Positions 47,518 to 55,525 of a stretch of 64,000 nt of DNA are shown in pieces. The notes under the pieces are model-generated. The model made no database searches and had not been told where the DNA came from. It saw only the letters and a program-made list of their open reading frames with translations. The DNA comes from an uncultured Anaerolineales bacterium (GTDB taxonomy: Bacteria > Chloroflexota > Anaerolineae > Anaerolineales > UBA11858). The DNA lies in assembly GCA_964438295.1 (NCBI GenBank), contig CAYTKR010000010.1, positions 2,633 through 66,632 of the forward strand. The letters are read 5' to 3'. The position numbers and the translations under genes were made by a program. Every line of letters begins with the position of its first letter. Position 1 is the first letter of the stretch.

Positions 47518-48066
47518 CTAGAAGTCAGTTGCCGGAACTCGGATCCATTCATAATGACCTCTTTTCTGAAGACGATAAAGATCGTCTGGCCTTTCAATAC
47601 GATCTATGAAGAGCACGCCATTGAGATGGTCGATTTCGTGGTGCACCACCACAGCGTCAAAACCTTCGAATACCCGATCAAAATGTTTACCATCTTCATA
47701 TATTCCAGTCACGTGCAGGTAATGCGGACGGGATGTTTCACCATATAGCCCTGGGAAGCTGAGGCAACCATCGAAATCTTTGCATTCATCATCAGCCTTA
47801 ATGATTTTTGGGTTCACTAGTGCAAGAGGTGGCCCTGGGTCACCGCTACCATCACCAGTTGCCCCTAAACGCACTAGCACTACACGTTTGCGAACATTTA
47901 TTTGAGGAGCTGCTAGCCCAACGCCATCAGTGTGAGTATTGAGCGTATCTTTGAGATCTCTTATGAGCCGAATGACATCCTGATAAACACCCTTAACTGG
48001 CTTACTCTTTTTTCTCAGGGCTTTATTATGCTCAGGGTATACAAGAATTTCTCGAATTGCCATCAT
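47518..48066 (-). CDS. def: peptide deformylase (canonical motifs)
   Basis: GVGLAAPQ, DGCLSFPG and HEIDH motifs are all present. Confidence 0.9.
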   Translation of the reverse strand: MMAIREILVYPEHNKALRKKSKPVKGVYQDVIRLIRDLKDTLNTHTDGVGLAAPQINVRKRVVLVRLGATGDGSGDPGPPLALVNPKIIKADDECKDFDGCLSFPGLYGETSRPHYLHVTGIYEDGKHFDRVFEGFDAVVVHHEIDHLNGVLFIDRIERPDDLYRLQKRGHYEWIRVPATDF

Positions 48067-48132
48067 TATTCTCCATTAAACAATCAATCTAACTTCTCAT
48101 TTATACGCTCAATTTTTCGGCTCTGCACAAGC

Positions 48133-48381
48133 CTAATTTAGCGAAATATGTATTCTTATTTCCCATGGGAAATTATTTCCCGACTCAATTTCCGCCAACC
48201 TAAGTGCGGCAAATTGACAGGCATCTTGCGCCAATATTCTGGCTTTTTGGGGAGCCAATCTGCCCAATTCTGATACTATGTATCCCTGGCTTAGTAAATA
48301 CTCTGCAACCAAAGTACGTTCAAGAATTGTCTGTGACCCCTGCACTGGTATATAATTCGAGCCTATTACATGTTCATCCAT
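48133..48381 (-). CDS. hypothetical small protein
   Basis: 82-aa ORF whose start abuts or overlaps the stop of the regulator gene. No family recognised. Confidence 0.4.
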   Translation of the reverse strand: MDEHVIGSNYIPVQGSQTILERTLVAEYLLSQGYIVSELGRLAPQKARILAQDACQFAALRLAEIESGNNFPWEIRIHISLN

Positions 48382-49418
48382 TATTCACCTACCACCTCTC
48401 GGGAAATTCCTACCTGGCTAGCTTGTGATGATCGTAATGCAATGACTGCGCCGCGCACACGGTAAGCCGTTGGATCACTGCTGGGACTCCTTATTTCAGC
48501 TTCGATAACTGTGCCTGGCAGGATACCCAAATCCATTAACCTACGTCGTTCCATACCCCTGATACGGGGAGAGATTTTAATAACCCGTCCAGACTCGCCA
48601 GGGTTCAGGCTGGTTAGTGTGTCACCTAGGGGTTCATCATCCCAAACATCGTCGGGAAGCAACTCTACAGAAACATTTGCTGCGATCAATGGTGCCAGTG
48701 TGTGCCCATCCCCACCAGCCCAGAATCGAATTCTCCGAGTCGAAGATTCGATCATACGAACGATCATGCCTACATGCAAACCTTCCGCGACCAACTGAGT
48801 ATAGACGGCTTCTGGCTTATCCTCGAGGTGGACGATACGTGCAGGTTTATCTACATCTAATTCAGGTAACGGCAAACGCTCTCGATAAACAATATCACCG
48901 TCCGAAGTGGGAATGGGATCACCGTGTGGATCGTGAGTAGGATTACCAAGCTTCGCCGAGAGTTGACTGGCCTCATTGGGCGAAAGCAGGTGTTCATACT
49001 CGTCTGCCAGACTATGCCATTCATCTTCATTGAAGCCAGTCGCATCAGCCAGGTAGCGCTCCCACAAGCGGTGTGCCCGGATGATATGCAAAGCAGAATC
49101 TCGCCCTACAGATGTAAGATGGTAATCATTCCCTACGACCTGAACTAAATTGCTGGAAACTAACTCCTCGAGAAGATCAGCAATTCTATCCACACTCACG
49201 CTCAAGGCTCCAGCCAGACTCTTGACTGATGCGCGTCTGCCATGAATATCGCATTGGTGAATATGCTTTAAGGCATCTTCGCACAACACTCGCTCGGTCA
49301 TCTTCCGGGTTCGACGCCAGCGCCAAAATATTCCACGCTCAGGGCAGAAAATCCAAATCCCTAGAGCAGTCAATAGTGCAGCAACAACTAATGATATAAG
49401 TGGGTCAGGCATCATCAC
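48381..49418 (-). CDS. DtxR/MntR-family metal-dependent regulator with N-terminal TM segment and two C-terminal FeoA-like domains
   Basis: Hydrophobic N-terminus LISLVVAALLTALGIWIF, then HTH, then RAHRLWERYL dimerisation/metal region with HDPHGDPIP, then two SH3-like FeoA repeats. Confidence 0.8.
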   Translation of the reverse strand: MMMPDPLISLVVAALLTALGIWIFCPERGIFWRWRRTRKMTERVLCEDALKHIHQCDIHGRRASVKSLAGALSVSVDRIADLLEELVSSNLVQVVGNDYHLTSVGRDSALHIIRAHRLWERYLADATGFNEDEWHSLADEYEHLLSPNEASQLSAKLGNPTHDPHGDPIPTSDGDIVYRERLPLPELDVDKPARIVHLEDKPEAVYTQLVAEGLHVGMIVRMIESSTRRIRFWAGGDGHTLAPLIAANVSVELLPDDVWDDEPLGDTLTSLNPGESGRVIKISPRIRGMERRRLMDLGILPGTVIEAEIRSPSSDPTAYRVRGAVIALRSSQASQVGISREVVGE

Positions 49419-49420
49419 TC

Positions 49421-49957
49421 CTACAAAGGTACACGCACCAATTCGCCATCCTCCCTTATTGGGAAATGGAATAAATCGTCCAAACTCACTATTCGATCAA
49501 TAAAAAGTACTCCATTCAGATGGTCAATTGCATGGTGAACTACAACAGCTTCAAAGCCATTGAACATTCGATCAAATAGCTCCCCATGCTCATCTAACCC
49601 AATGACGCGAAGATGGTGAGGGCGTATTGTTTTCCCGGATAAATCCAAGAAACTAAGACAAGAATCAAAATCCTCACATTCTTCACCTTCTGTAACGATC
49701 TCAGGGTTTATTAGCGTGATGATATTCTCTGATTCACTATTTTCTTTCCCTTCTAGCCCTAATCGGATAACAACTACACGCTTATGAATATTGATCTGCG
49801 GAGCGGACAGCCCATATCCATAAGGATTTTCACCCAGGGTATCTTTGATATCCATGATCATTATTTTTACATCTTCATCCACTTGGTGGATTGGTTCACT
49901 CTTCTTCCGTAAAGCATCTTCATGTTCCGGGAACAAGAGAATTTCACACATTGCCAT
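49421..49957 (-). CDS. peptide deformylase paralog lacking the catalytic glutamate
   Basis: Motifs read GYGLSAPQ, DSCLSFLD and HAIDH. The codon GCA sits where HEXXH requires Glu (checked in the DNA at about 49530). Cys and both His ligands are retained. Confidence 0.85.
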   Translation of the reverse strand: MAMCEILLFPEHEDALRKKSEPIHQVDEDVKIMIMDIKDTLGENPYGYGLSAPQINIHKRVVVIRLGLEGKENSESENIITLINPEIVTEGEECEDFDSCLSFLDLSGKTIRPHHLRVIGLDEHGELFDRMFNGFEAVVVHHAIDHLNGVLFIDRIVSLDDLFHFPIREDGELVRVPL

Positions 49958-50849
49958 TGGTAGCCTCTTCTAAAATATTGACAATAGAATCAACTTCTGC
50001 CAGAGATAGTTCCGTTTGAATTGGCTCTCCCTTCAACCAGGCATACGGTATAGACAAATCCTCATGTACCATACCAATGGGCTCGATATCTCTCTCAGAC
50101 AACTTATCTCGCAAATATCTCTCGATTTCTGGATTTGGAATTTTATTAATAACGATAAAAATATCCTTTATCGTTGCTTGAGTGAAAATCTGGTTGGCTA
50201 ACGCCACCATCTCAGCACTTTCCAAATGTGCAGTCGCAGGTAAAACAGCAATTTTTATTTGGTTTACCATTTGACGCATATTGTCAGCAATTTCAACAGA
50301 AGCTGTTGTAGGATCTACCACGACAATAGCGTAATCAAGTTTAGTTATCGCTCCACGAGCAGAATCTTCGAAACCAGCTTTAAAATCTATCAATGTAACA
50401 GGGTCCTGCTTATTTTCATGAATAACGATATCTCGGGCAATCTTTGATACTGGGCCGTCGCAGCCAGCTCCAGGACCTTGATCACCGATTTTCCCAGCGC
50501 TCATGAGGATTATGCCATCAAAATTAATCGCATAATAATCAGAAGATAACTTGTCCAATGTAATTTCAGAGTCGGGCAAAGGGGTAGGGTCATCTACAGG
50601 GCAGGTAACTAAGCCCCCGCTGAACACCATTCCCCCATATAACTCCAATAGTGTTTTAGGTGGAGAATCAATCCCCAAAGCCTGGTGCAAGCCAACATTT
50701 GTCGAATCGGCATCCAGCACACAGACCCCATAACCGTGATCCCTGAGTGCTTTTGCCAAAACCACGGTGAAAGTGCTCTTACCAGAACCCCCTTTCCCAA
50801 AGATTCCAATTCGTTTTCCAATCAGTGATTTATTTTCAGAGTAATTCAT
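49944..50849 (-). CDS. CooC/ArsA/MinD-type P-loop ATPase
   Basis: IGIFGKGGSGKST deviant Walker A. The ATG at 50849 follows AGGAG. Only a single Cys occurs in GPGAGCDGP, where CooC has CXC. Confidence 0.7.
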   Translation of the reverse strand: MNYSENKSLIGKRIGIFGKGGSGKSTFTVVLAKALRDHGYGVCVLDADSTNVGLHQALGIDSPPKTLLELYGGMVFSGGLVTCPVDDPTPLPDSEITLDKLSSDYYAINFDGIILMSAGKIGDQGPGAGCDGPVSKIARDIVIHENKQDPVTLIDFKAGFEDSARGAITKLDYAIVVVDPTTASVEIADNMRQMVNQIKIAVLPATAHLESAEMVALANQIFTQATIKDIFIVINKIPNPEIERYLRDKLSERDIEPIGMVHEDLSIPYAWLKGEPIQTELSLAEVDSIVNILEEATNGNV

Positions 50850-50892
50850 TATCTTTTCTCCTATTTGATTTCTAACCCAGGACGGGCAATGT

Positions 50893-51228
50893 TCACAAAT
50901 CGGACGCCAGCCTGGTGAGGGCAACGACGCCAGCAGCAGGGATCACATTCTTAGCTGCGGTTTCTGGATAATCGCCAGAACGAGGATGGCGCTCCAAAAC
51001 AATGAGTTCTTTAGCAGAAGAAGCGGTTAATTTGCCAGCCTGAGGAACATCCGGTATGCCATGGTGCTCATGTCTCCCCCAAAGGGTAGAGGCAAGGCCG
51101 CAATACTTCTCCCCTTCACCTTCGACAACAACTGCTGTCCAGTGCAATCCAATAACAACCCGTATTACATCCGTCTCGGGTAAAGTGGCAATCAAATGCT
51201 CATACATAGTTTTTTCATCAAAATTCAT
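50893..51228 (-). CDS. small protein resembling the N-terminal (DUF4213-like) domain of DUF364 putative metal-chelation proteins
   Basis: 111 aa, VIGLHWTAVVVEGE...CGLASTL pattern. No Rossmann-like DUF364 part follows. Confidence 0.4.
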   Translation of the reverse strand: MNFDEKTMYEHLIATLPETDVIRVVIGLHWTAVVVEGEGEKYCGLASTLWGRHEHHGIPDVPQAGKLTASSAKELIVLERHPRSGDYPETAAKNVIPAAGVVALTRLASDL

Positions 51229-51291
51229 CTATTGATCCCAATTTCTTGCTTGAAAATCTCTACTTATCTTGCGAAACTAATTTATATTTTG

Positions 51292-51636
51292 TCAACAGGA
51301 TGCCGTCCCATGCAGATCCCCAGTGAGGTAACTCTCCAGTGTGGTGCGCACTGTTCCACTTGCTCCACAGGCCACATCAATACCATGCTCTTCAAAGAAA
51401 CGGATTAGAAAGCGTTCCATCCTACCCGTCAAAATTGCGTGAACTCCTTGGCATAGAACATATATCGGTACCATACCGGTTTGATGGTCAATAAAGTATG
51501 GATTATCAAGTTCTTTAACTGAAAGGATTTGATCATCTTCTAAATCAATCAAGATGTAATATGGGCAATGCTCAATGTGTTGACTGACGCAACTATCCAA
51601 TCCATCTTTGTCTTTAGATGAAATCAGTACTTTCAT
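51292..51636 (-). CDS. NifX/NifB-C-terminal-like (dinitrogenase FeMo-cofactor-binding family) protein, copy 1
   Basis: HIEHCPYYILIDLEDD...GASGTVRTTLESYLTGDL. About 50% identical by eye to 51914-52291. Confidence 0.75.
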   Translation of the reverse strand: MKVLISSKDKDGLDSCVSQHIEHCPYYILIDLEDDQILSVKELDNPYFIDHQTGMVPIYVLCQGVHAILTGRMERFLIRFFEEHGIDVACGASGTVRTTLESYLTGDLHGTASC

Positions 51637-51827
51637 CAGTAATTTTCACTTTCAATCCATTCGATCAACTCGATTTCTGACATTTGCCCTGTGACTGCAA
51701 CTTTTTGGAAAAAATAATCTGAAACATCAGAAAAGGACTGTAGAATTTGCAGAGCAAAGTTGAAAACGATATGGCGTAGAGACGACGAAAACTTGAAGAA
51801 AAAACTACCTGAACATTCGTCGCACTG
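51636..51827 (-). pseudogene. decayed duplicate of the 101-aa ORF at 52293-52598
   Basis: 63-codon stop-to-stop frame with no usable start codon. Its translation SLRHIVFNFALQILQSFSDVSDYFFQKVAVTGQMSEIELIEWIESENY aligns with ALCDIAHNLVQRIFMAVVDDPEVSSQQVIILGQLTENELTIEINQEK. Its TGA overlaps the NifX-like ATG (TGATG). Confidence 0.5.
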
Positions 51828-51913
51828 CTAAGATATATGACTTATCTCTCTCGTGCTTTATTATTGTTCGTCTCCGATTCAGCTTGGTGATCCCAATTTC
51901 TTGATTAATTTCT

Positions 51914-52291
51914 CTAATGGTGCTCGTGAGAATGTTCCACGCTTTCTCGACAGGGCGCCGCACCATGCAGCTCTCCAGCCAGGTAACTGTTCAGGGTAGT
52001 GCGCACCGTCCCATTAGCACCGGTGGCTGTCCCGATGCCGTACTGTTGAAAATGCCGAATTGCCTTATGTCCCATTCCCCCACTGAGCATTACATCCACA
52101 TTTTGACATTGAATGAAAGCAGGCACCATCCCAGGCTGATGATGTTGATGATGGGGATTATCTATCTCCTGTACGGCTTTAATTTCATCTACTTCCACAT
52201 CTACTAGTACATAGTGAGGACAACGCCCAAAATGGAGAGCAACCTTGCTGTCTAAATCTCTCTTGTCTCTGGTTGAAATGGCAATACGCAT
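51914..52291 (-). CDS. NifX/NifB-C-terminal-like protein, copy 2 (His-rich tail)
   Basis: HFGRCPHYVLVDVE...LSGGMGHKAI...GANGTVRTTLNSYLAGEL. The tail ends RESVEHSHEHH. Confidence 0.8.
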   Translation of the reverse strand: MRIAISTRDKRDLDSKVALHFGRCPHYVLVDVEVDEIKAVQEIDNPHHQHHQPGMVPAFIQCQNVDVMLSGGMGHKAIRHFQQYGIGTATGANGTVRTTLNSYLAGELHGAAPCRESVEHSHEHH

Positions 52292-52292
52292 T

Positions 52293-52598
52293 TTATTTCT
52301 CCTGATTTATTTCAATAGTCAACTCATTTTCAGTCAATTGCCCTAAAATAATAACTTGTTGGGAAGATACTTCGGGATCATCAACAACGGCCATAAAAAT
52401 TCGTTGAACTAGGTTGTGGGCGATATCGCATAGAGCCGAAGAAGGGTTAAAAGATAATACAGCCTGGTTTTTCGCCGAATCGCTCAGTTGTTTAATAAAT
52501 CTCACTCGCACTTTATTTAAATTGGTCGCCGAGTCAACCAACATTCGCAAATATTCTGTGATCTCTTCGTACCATTTTCTAATATAAGTTGTATCCAT
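52293..52598 (-). CDS. hypothetical protein
   Basis: 101-aa ORF tightly packed between an ATPase gene and a NifX-like gene. No family recognised. Confidence 0.5.
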   Translation of the reverse strand: MDTTYIRKWYEEITEYLRMLVDSATNLNKVRVRFIKQLSDSAKNQAVLSFNPSSALCDIAHNLVQRIFMAVVDDPEVSSQQVIILGQLTENELTIEINQEK

Positions 52599-52601
52599 AA
52601 T

Positions 52602-53495
52602 CTACCTCGCCAGGACACTCTTTACACAATTCCACACTGAAATAATTTCCCGACTAACTTGTGCTTCTGGACAATATCTAGTCACCGGTTCCCCCTGGAT
52701 CATGGCTTCAGTAATTACGGGGTCAAATGGGACCCGTCCAACCAACTCCATATTGCGCTCCCTGCAAAAGGCTTCAATTTCAGTTGTCCCTTCTGGAAAA
52801 AGATCGGCTTTATTGACACACACCAACGAACAAATTCCAAAATGATCGGTGGTTTTTAGAGCGCGATGCATATCGTGGATTCCCGCCAGAGACGGCTCAA
52901 CAACAATCAATGCTAGGTCCACACCTGTAGCTGATGAGATCACTGGGCAACCAATACCAGGAGGGCCATCAATGAGAATCAATTCATAGCCCCCATCCAC
53001 AGCTGTTGCACGGGCATGCTGTCTGATTTTTGATATCAGCTTTCCGGAATTCTCCTCGGCCGGCTTCAAGGCAGCATGTATCAGCAGCCCAAAACGGCTT
53101 TCAGAATGAAACCAGGTTCCAGCCAGTTGATCACTCATCGAAACTGCTCCTGTCGGGCACTGATAGAAACATGCTGCACAACCCTCGCATGCAATAGGGT
53201 CGATCAAATATCCGCCGTTGCTTTCGCAAATTGCATCAAATCTGCAAACCTGCATACATGTTCCACAATTTGCACAAATTTCTGGATCGATCACGGCTAT
53301 CTGCCCACTCCAAAAATCCTCTTGATGGATTGTGTTTGGGGCAATAACTAACTCGAGATTAGCGGCATCCACATCGGCATCAACCAGCACTAAAGATATG
53401 GGATTCGGGTCAATCATTGCCAAATGTGCCAGAGCTGCTGTCAAGCTGGTTTTTCCGGCACCACCTTTACCGCTAAGAACAACCAGCTGCTTCAC
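52602..53495 (-). CDS. MinD/ParA-superfamily P-loop ATPase with inserted 2x[4Fe-4S] ferredoxin domain (COG1149 type)
   Basis: SGKGGAGKTS plus CANCGTCMQVC and CEGCAACFYQCP inserted before the Walker B-like ILIDGPPG. Confidence 0.8.
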   Translation of the reverse strand: MKQLVVLSGKGGAGKTSLTAALAHLAMIDPNPISLVLVDADVDAANLELVIAPNTIHQEDFWSGQIAVIDPEICANCGTCMQVCRFDAICESNGGYLIDPIACEGCAACFYQCPTGAVSMSDQLAGTWFHSESRFGLLIHAALKPAEENSGKLISKIRQHARATAVDGGYELILIDGPPGIGCPVISSATGVDLALIVVEPSLAGIHDMHRALKTTDHFGICSLVCVNKADLFPEGTTEIEAFCRERNMELVGRVPFDPVITEAMIQGEPVTRYCPEAQVSREIISVWNCVKSVLAR

Positions 53496-53992
53496 GAAGT
53501 GATCTCCTTTCTATCAAATAGAAATCGGAATAATCCAACAACGAAATTTAAACGGGGTACTTGCTGCATGTAGATTTCGTATTCAACACCAAACTTTGCG
53601 ATGCCTTCCTGGTCCGCATCACAAATATCTAAGTAAATGAGTACCGCGGAAACAACTCCCAGGACGATTATGAGCCAATGTTGCGCTAACAACATGAGAG
53701 AGATATTGAAAAGAATGCCACTGACATATTGAGGATGGCGGCAAATTGCATACAGGCTGGTATCTACGAGCACAGTTGTATGGACATAGCTCTTTCCTTG
53801 AGGAACACGACCTTTCTTTTTTAATAAAAGTATTGGAGCAAAGGCAAAAACCAATGCAAGCACCCAAATTGCCCATCCCACCCAATGAAGGGTTGTCAAT
53901 CCTGGCATTTTGAGGACGAAAAATCCCAACACATACTGCAAGAGGGACAAAAGAGAGGCTATGAGAACTTGAGGAGATGGTTTCCACTTCAT
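53492..53992 (-). CDS. membrane methyltransferase (ICMT/PEMT family)
   Basis: Four or five TM segments and the RHPQY..G motif (CRHPQYVSGILF) with E.E...FG.EY..Y downstream. 4-nt overlaps on both sides. Confidence 0.7.
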   Translation of the reverse strand: MKWKPSPQVLIASLLSLLQYVLGFFVLKMPGLTTLHWVGWAIWVLALVFAFAPILLLKKKGRVPQGKSYVHTTVLVDTSLYAICRHPQYVSGILFNISLMLLAQHWLIIVLGVVSAVLIYLDICDADQEGIAKFGVEYEIYMQQVPRLNFVVGLFRFLFDRKEITS

Positions 53993-54879
53993 CCTTTTAC
54001 TCCTCCTAAAGCTAAACTATAAGATTTTTCTGTAGTGACCGGTGCTTGAGTGATACGATGAAATAAATCCTGAAAACGGGCTCTGTATTCCGGCCGAATT
54101 TCAATCAATGTCTTACCTCGAGCAATGCCCTCTGCAATGGCTCGATCAAAAGGGATTCGCATCAGGATCGGAATTACTGCATCCTGACAAAAAGAATCTA
54201 CTTCCATCTTGTCAACGTTATTATCCCGATTGATGATCACTCCAGCAGGTAAATCAAGCTCTCTTATCAATTGAACGGCAAGTTTCAAATCGTGCATTCC
54301 AAACGGCGTCGGTTCTGTAACGAGCAAAACATAGTCCGAACCGCGCATGGTTTCGACAACTGGACAAGATGTACCTGGCGGCGCATCTCGAATAACAATG
54401 TCGGATGCACTGAATTCGAACCGACTTTTTAATTGACGAATGACCGGCACCGCCATAGGTTCGCCAACATTCAACAAACCACGAGCGAACTTAATTCCTG
54501 CTGATGCAAAGCCGCCTTCTAAAATGCCCAGTTCTCGAGGAACCTCAGCTATAGCTCCTTTGGGGCAGTTTAGACTGCAGCTCCCGCACCCATGGCATAG
54601 TTCGGGATAAACAAGCGGAGTTCCAGCCAAAAAAACGATGGCATTGTATTGGCAAACTTCCGCGCAACGTCCACAAGTAACACAACGATCATCATCCACT
54701 TGGGGGATTTGCATCTGCACTGTCTGACGTTCACTGAAAGCCGGCTGAAGGAATATATGCGCGTTTGGCGCCTCCACATCACAATCGAGAAAACCTTGTG
54801 CACCAATAGATAATGCCAGACTCGTAGCGATGGTGGTTTTCCCAGTGCCACCTTTGCCACTTGCAACGGAAATTATCAT
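53989..54879 (-). CDS. MinD/ParA-superfamily P-loop ATPase with inserted ferredoxin domain (COG1149 type), second copy
   Basis: SGKGGTGKTT plus CVTCGRCAEVC and CHGCGSCSLNCP, then IRDAPPG. Confidence 0.8.
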   Translation of the reverse strand: MIISVASGKGGTGKTTIATSLALSIGAQGFLDCDVEAPNAHIFLQPAFSERQTVQMQIPQVDDDRCVTCGRCAEVCQYNAIVFLAGTPLVYPELCHGCGSCSLNCPKGAIAEVPRELGILEGGFASAGIKFARGLLNVGEPMAVPVIRQLKSRFEFSASDIVIRDAPPGTSCPVVETMRGSDYVLLVTEPTPFGMHDLKLAVQLIRELDLPAGVIINRDNNVDKMEVDSFCQDAVIPILMRIPFDRAIAEGIARGKTLIEIRPEYRARFQDLFHRITQAPVTTEKSYSLALGGVKG

Positions 54880-55265
54880 CGTCTTCCTCTACGATAGTGT
54901 CCACGAGCTTTACTCATTCTCCGCGACAATGAAAAAGATGCCGGTTTCAACCCATCACTCTGGAAGGATTTCAGAAGTAACTGAACTGTTCCCTTAGTGG
55001 CTTCGTACATCTTGATGCCAGCAACATCCAAAGCTAGGGCTGCTTTAGGGCCAAATTTTCCACTAACAACAGCATCCACACCACGACTGGCAATAAATTG
55101 AGCAGCTTGGGTTCCTGCACCACCTCTAGCACTAGCTGCCTGGTTAGCGATTGCCTCCCATTCTTCTGTGGTGGTATCGACCAAAATGAAGTATGCGCAA
55201 CGCCCAAACCGCGGGTCGAAAGATGCTTCTATTTGAGAATCGGTTGAAGTGATCGCTAAGTTCAT
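54876..55265 (-). CDS. NifX/NifB-C-terminal-like protein, copy 3 (basic tail)
   Basis: HFGRCAYFILVDT...GAGTQAAQFIASRGVDAVVSG. Arg-rich C-terminus. Confidence 0.75.
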   Translation of the reverse strand: MNLAITSTDSQIEASFDPRFGRCAYFILVDTTTEEWEAIANQAASARGGAGTQAAQFIASRGVDAVVSGKFGPKAALALDVAGIKMYEATKGTVQLLLKSFQSDGLKPASFSLSRRMSKARGHYRRGRR

Positions 55266-55280
55266 ACCAATCTCCCAAAA

Positions 55281-55508
55281 TCAGGGCTTTGAGTCATCCG
55301 ATGTTGAATTAATTGAACCGATGTTCAGATTGTTTCGAGAACGCCGTCTTTGACCACCACTAACACCCCAATCCCAATGTCGAGTTTTGTGAATGCGATG
55401 AACGTTGCTGCTCCCACACTTAGGGCATGTCTGTTCGGAACCACGTCCTCCTTGGCCATGCGGAAGCTGCCAGATGTGATCGCAGTCATAACACTTGAAT
55501 TTTCGCAT
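55281..55508 (-). CDS. small zinc-ribbon protein
   Basis: MRKFKCYDCDHIW...CPKCGS (two CXXC pairs). Paralog of 59018-59251. Confidence 0.6.
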   Translation of the reverse strand: MRKFKCYDCDHIWQLPHGQGGRGSEQTCPKCGSSNVHRIHKTRHWDWGVSGGQRRRSRNNLNIGSINSTSDDSKP

Positions 55509-55525
55509 TATTCTTCTCCTATTCT

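Noticed and set aside
53619-53987. 122-aa alternative-frame ORF inside the methyltransferase gene
   Set aside because: The other frame (53492-53992) has TM helices, the RHPQY motif and start/stop overlaps with its neighbours.
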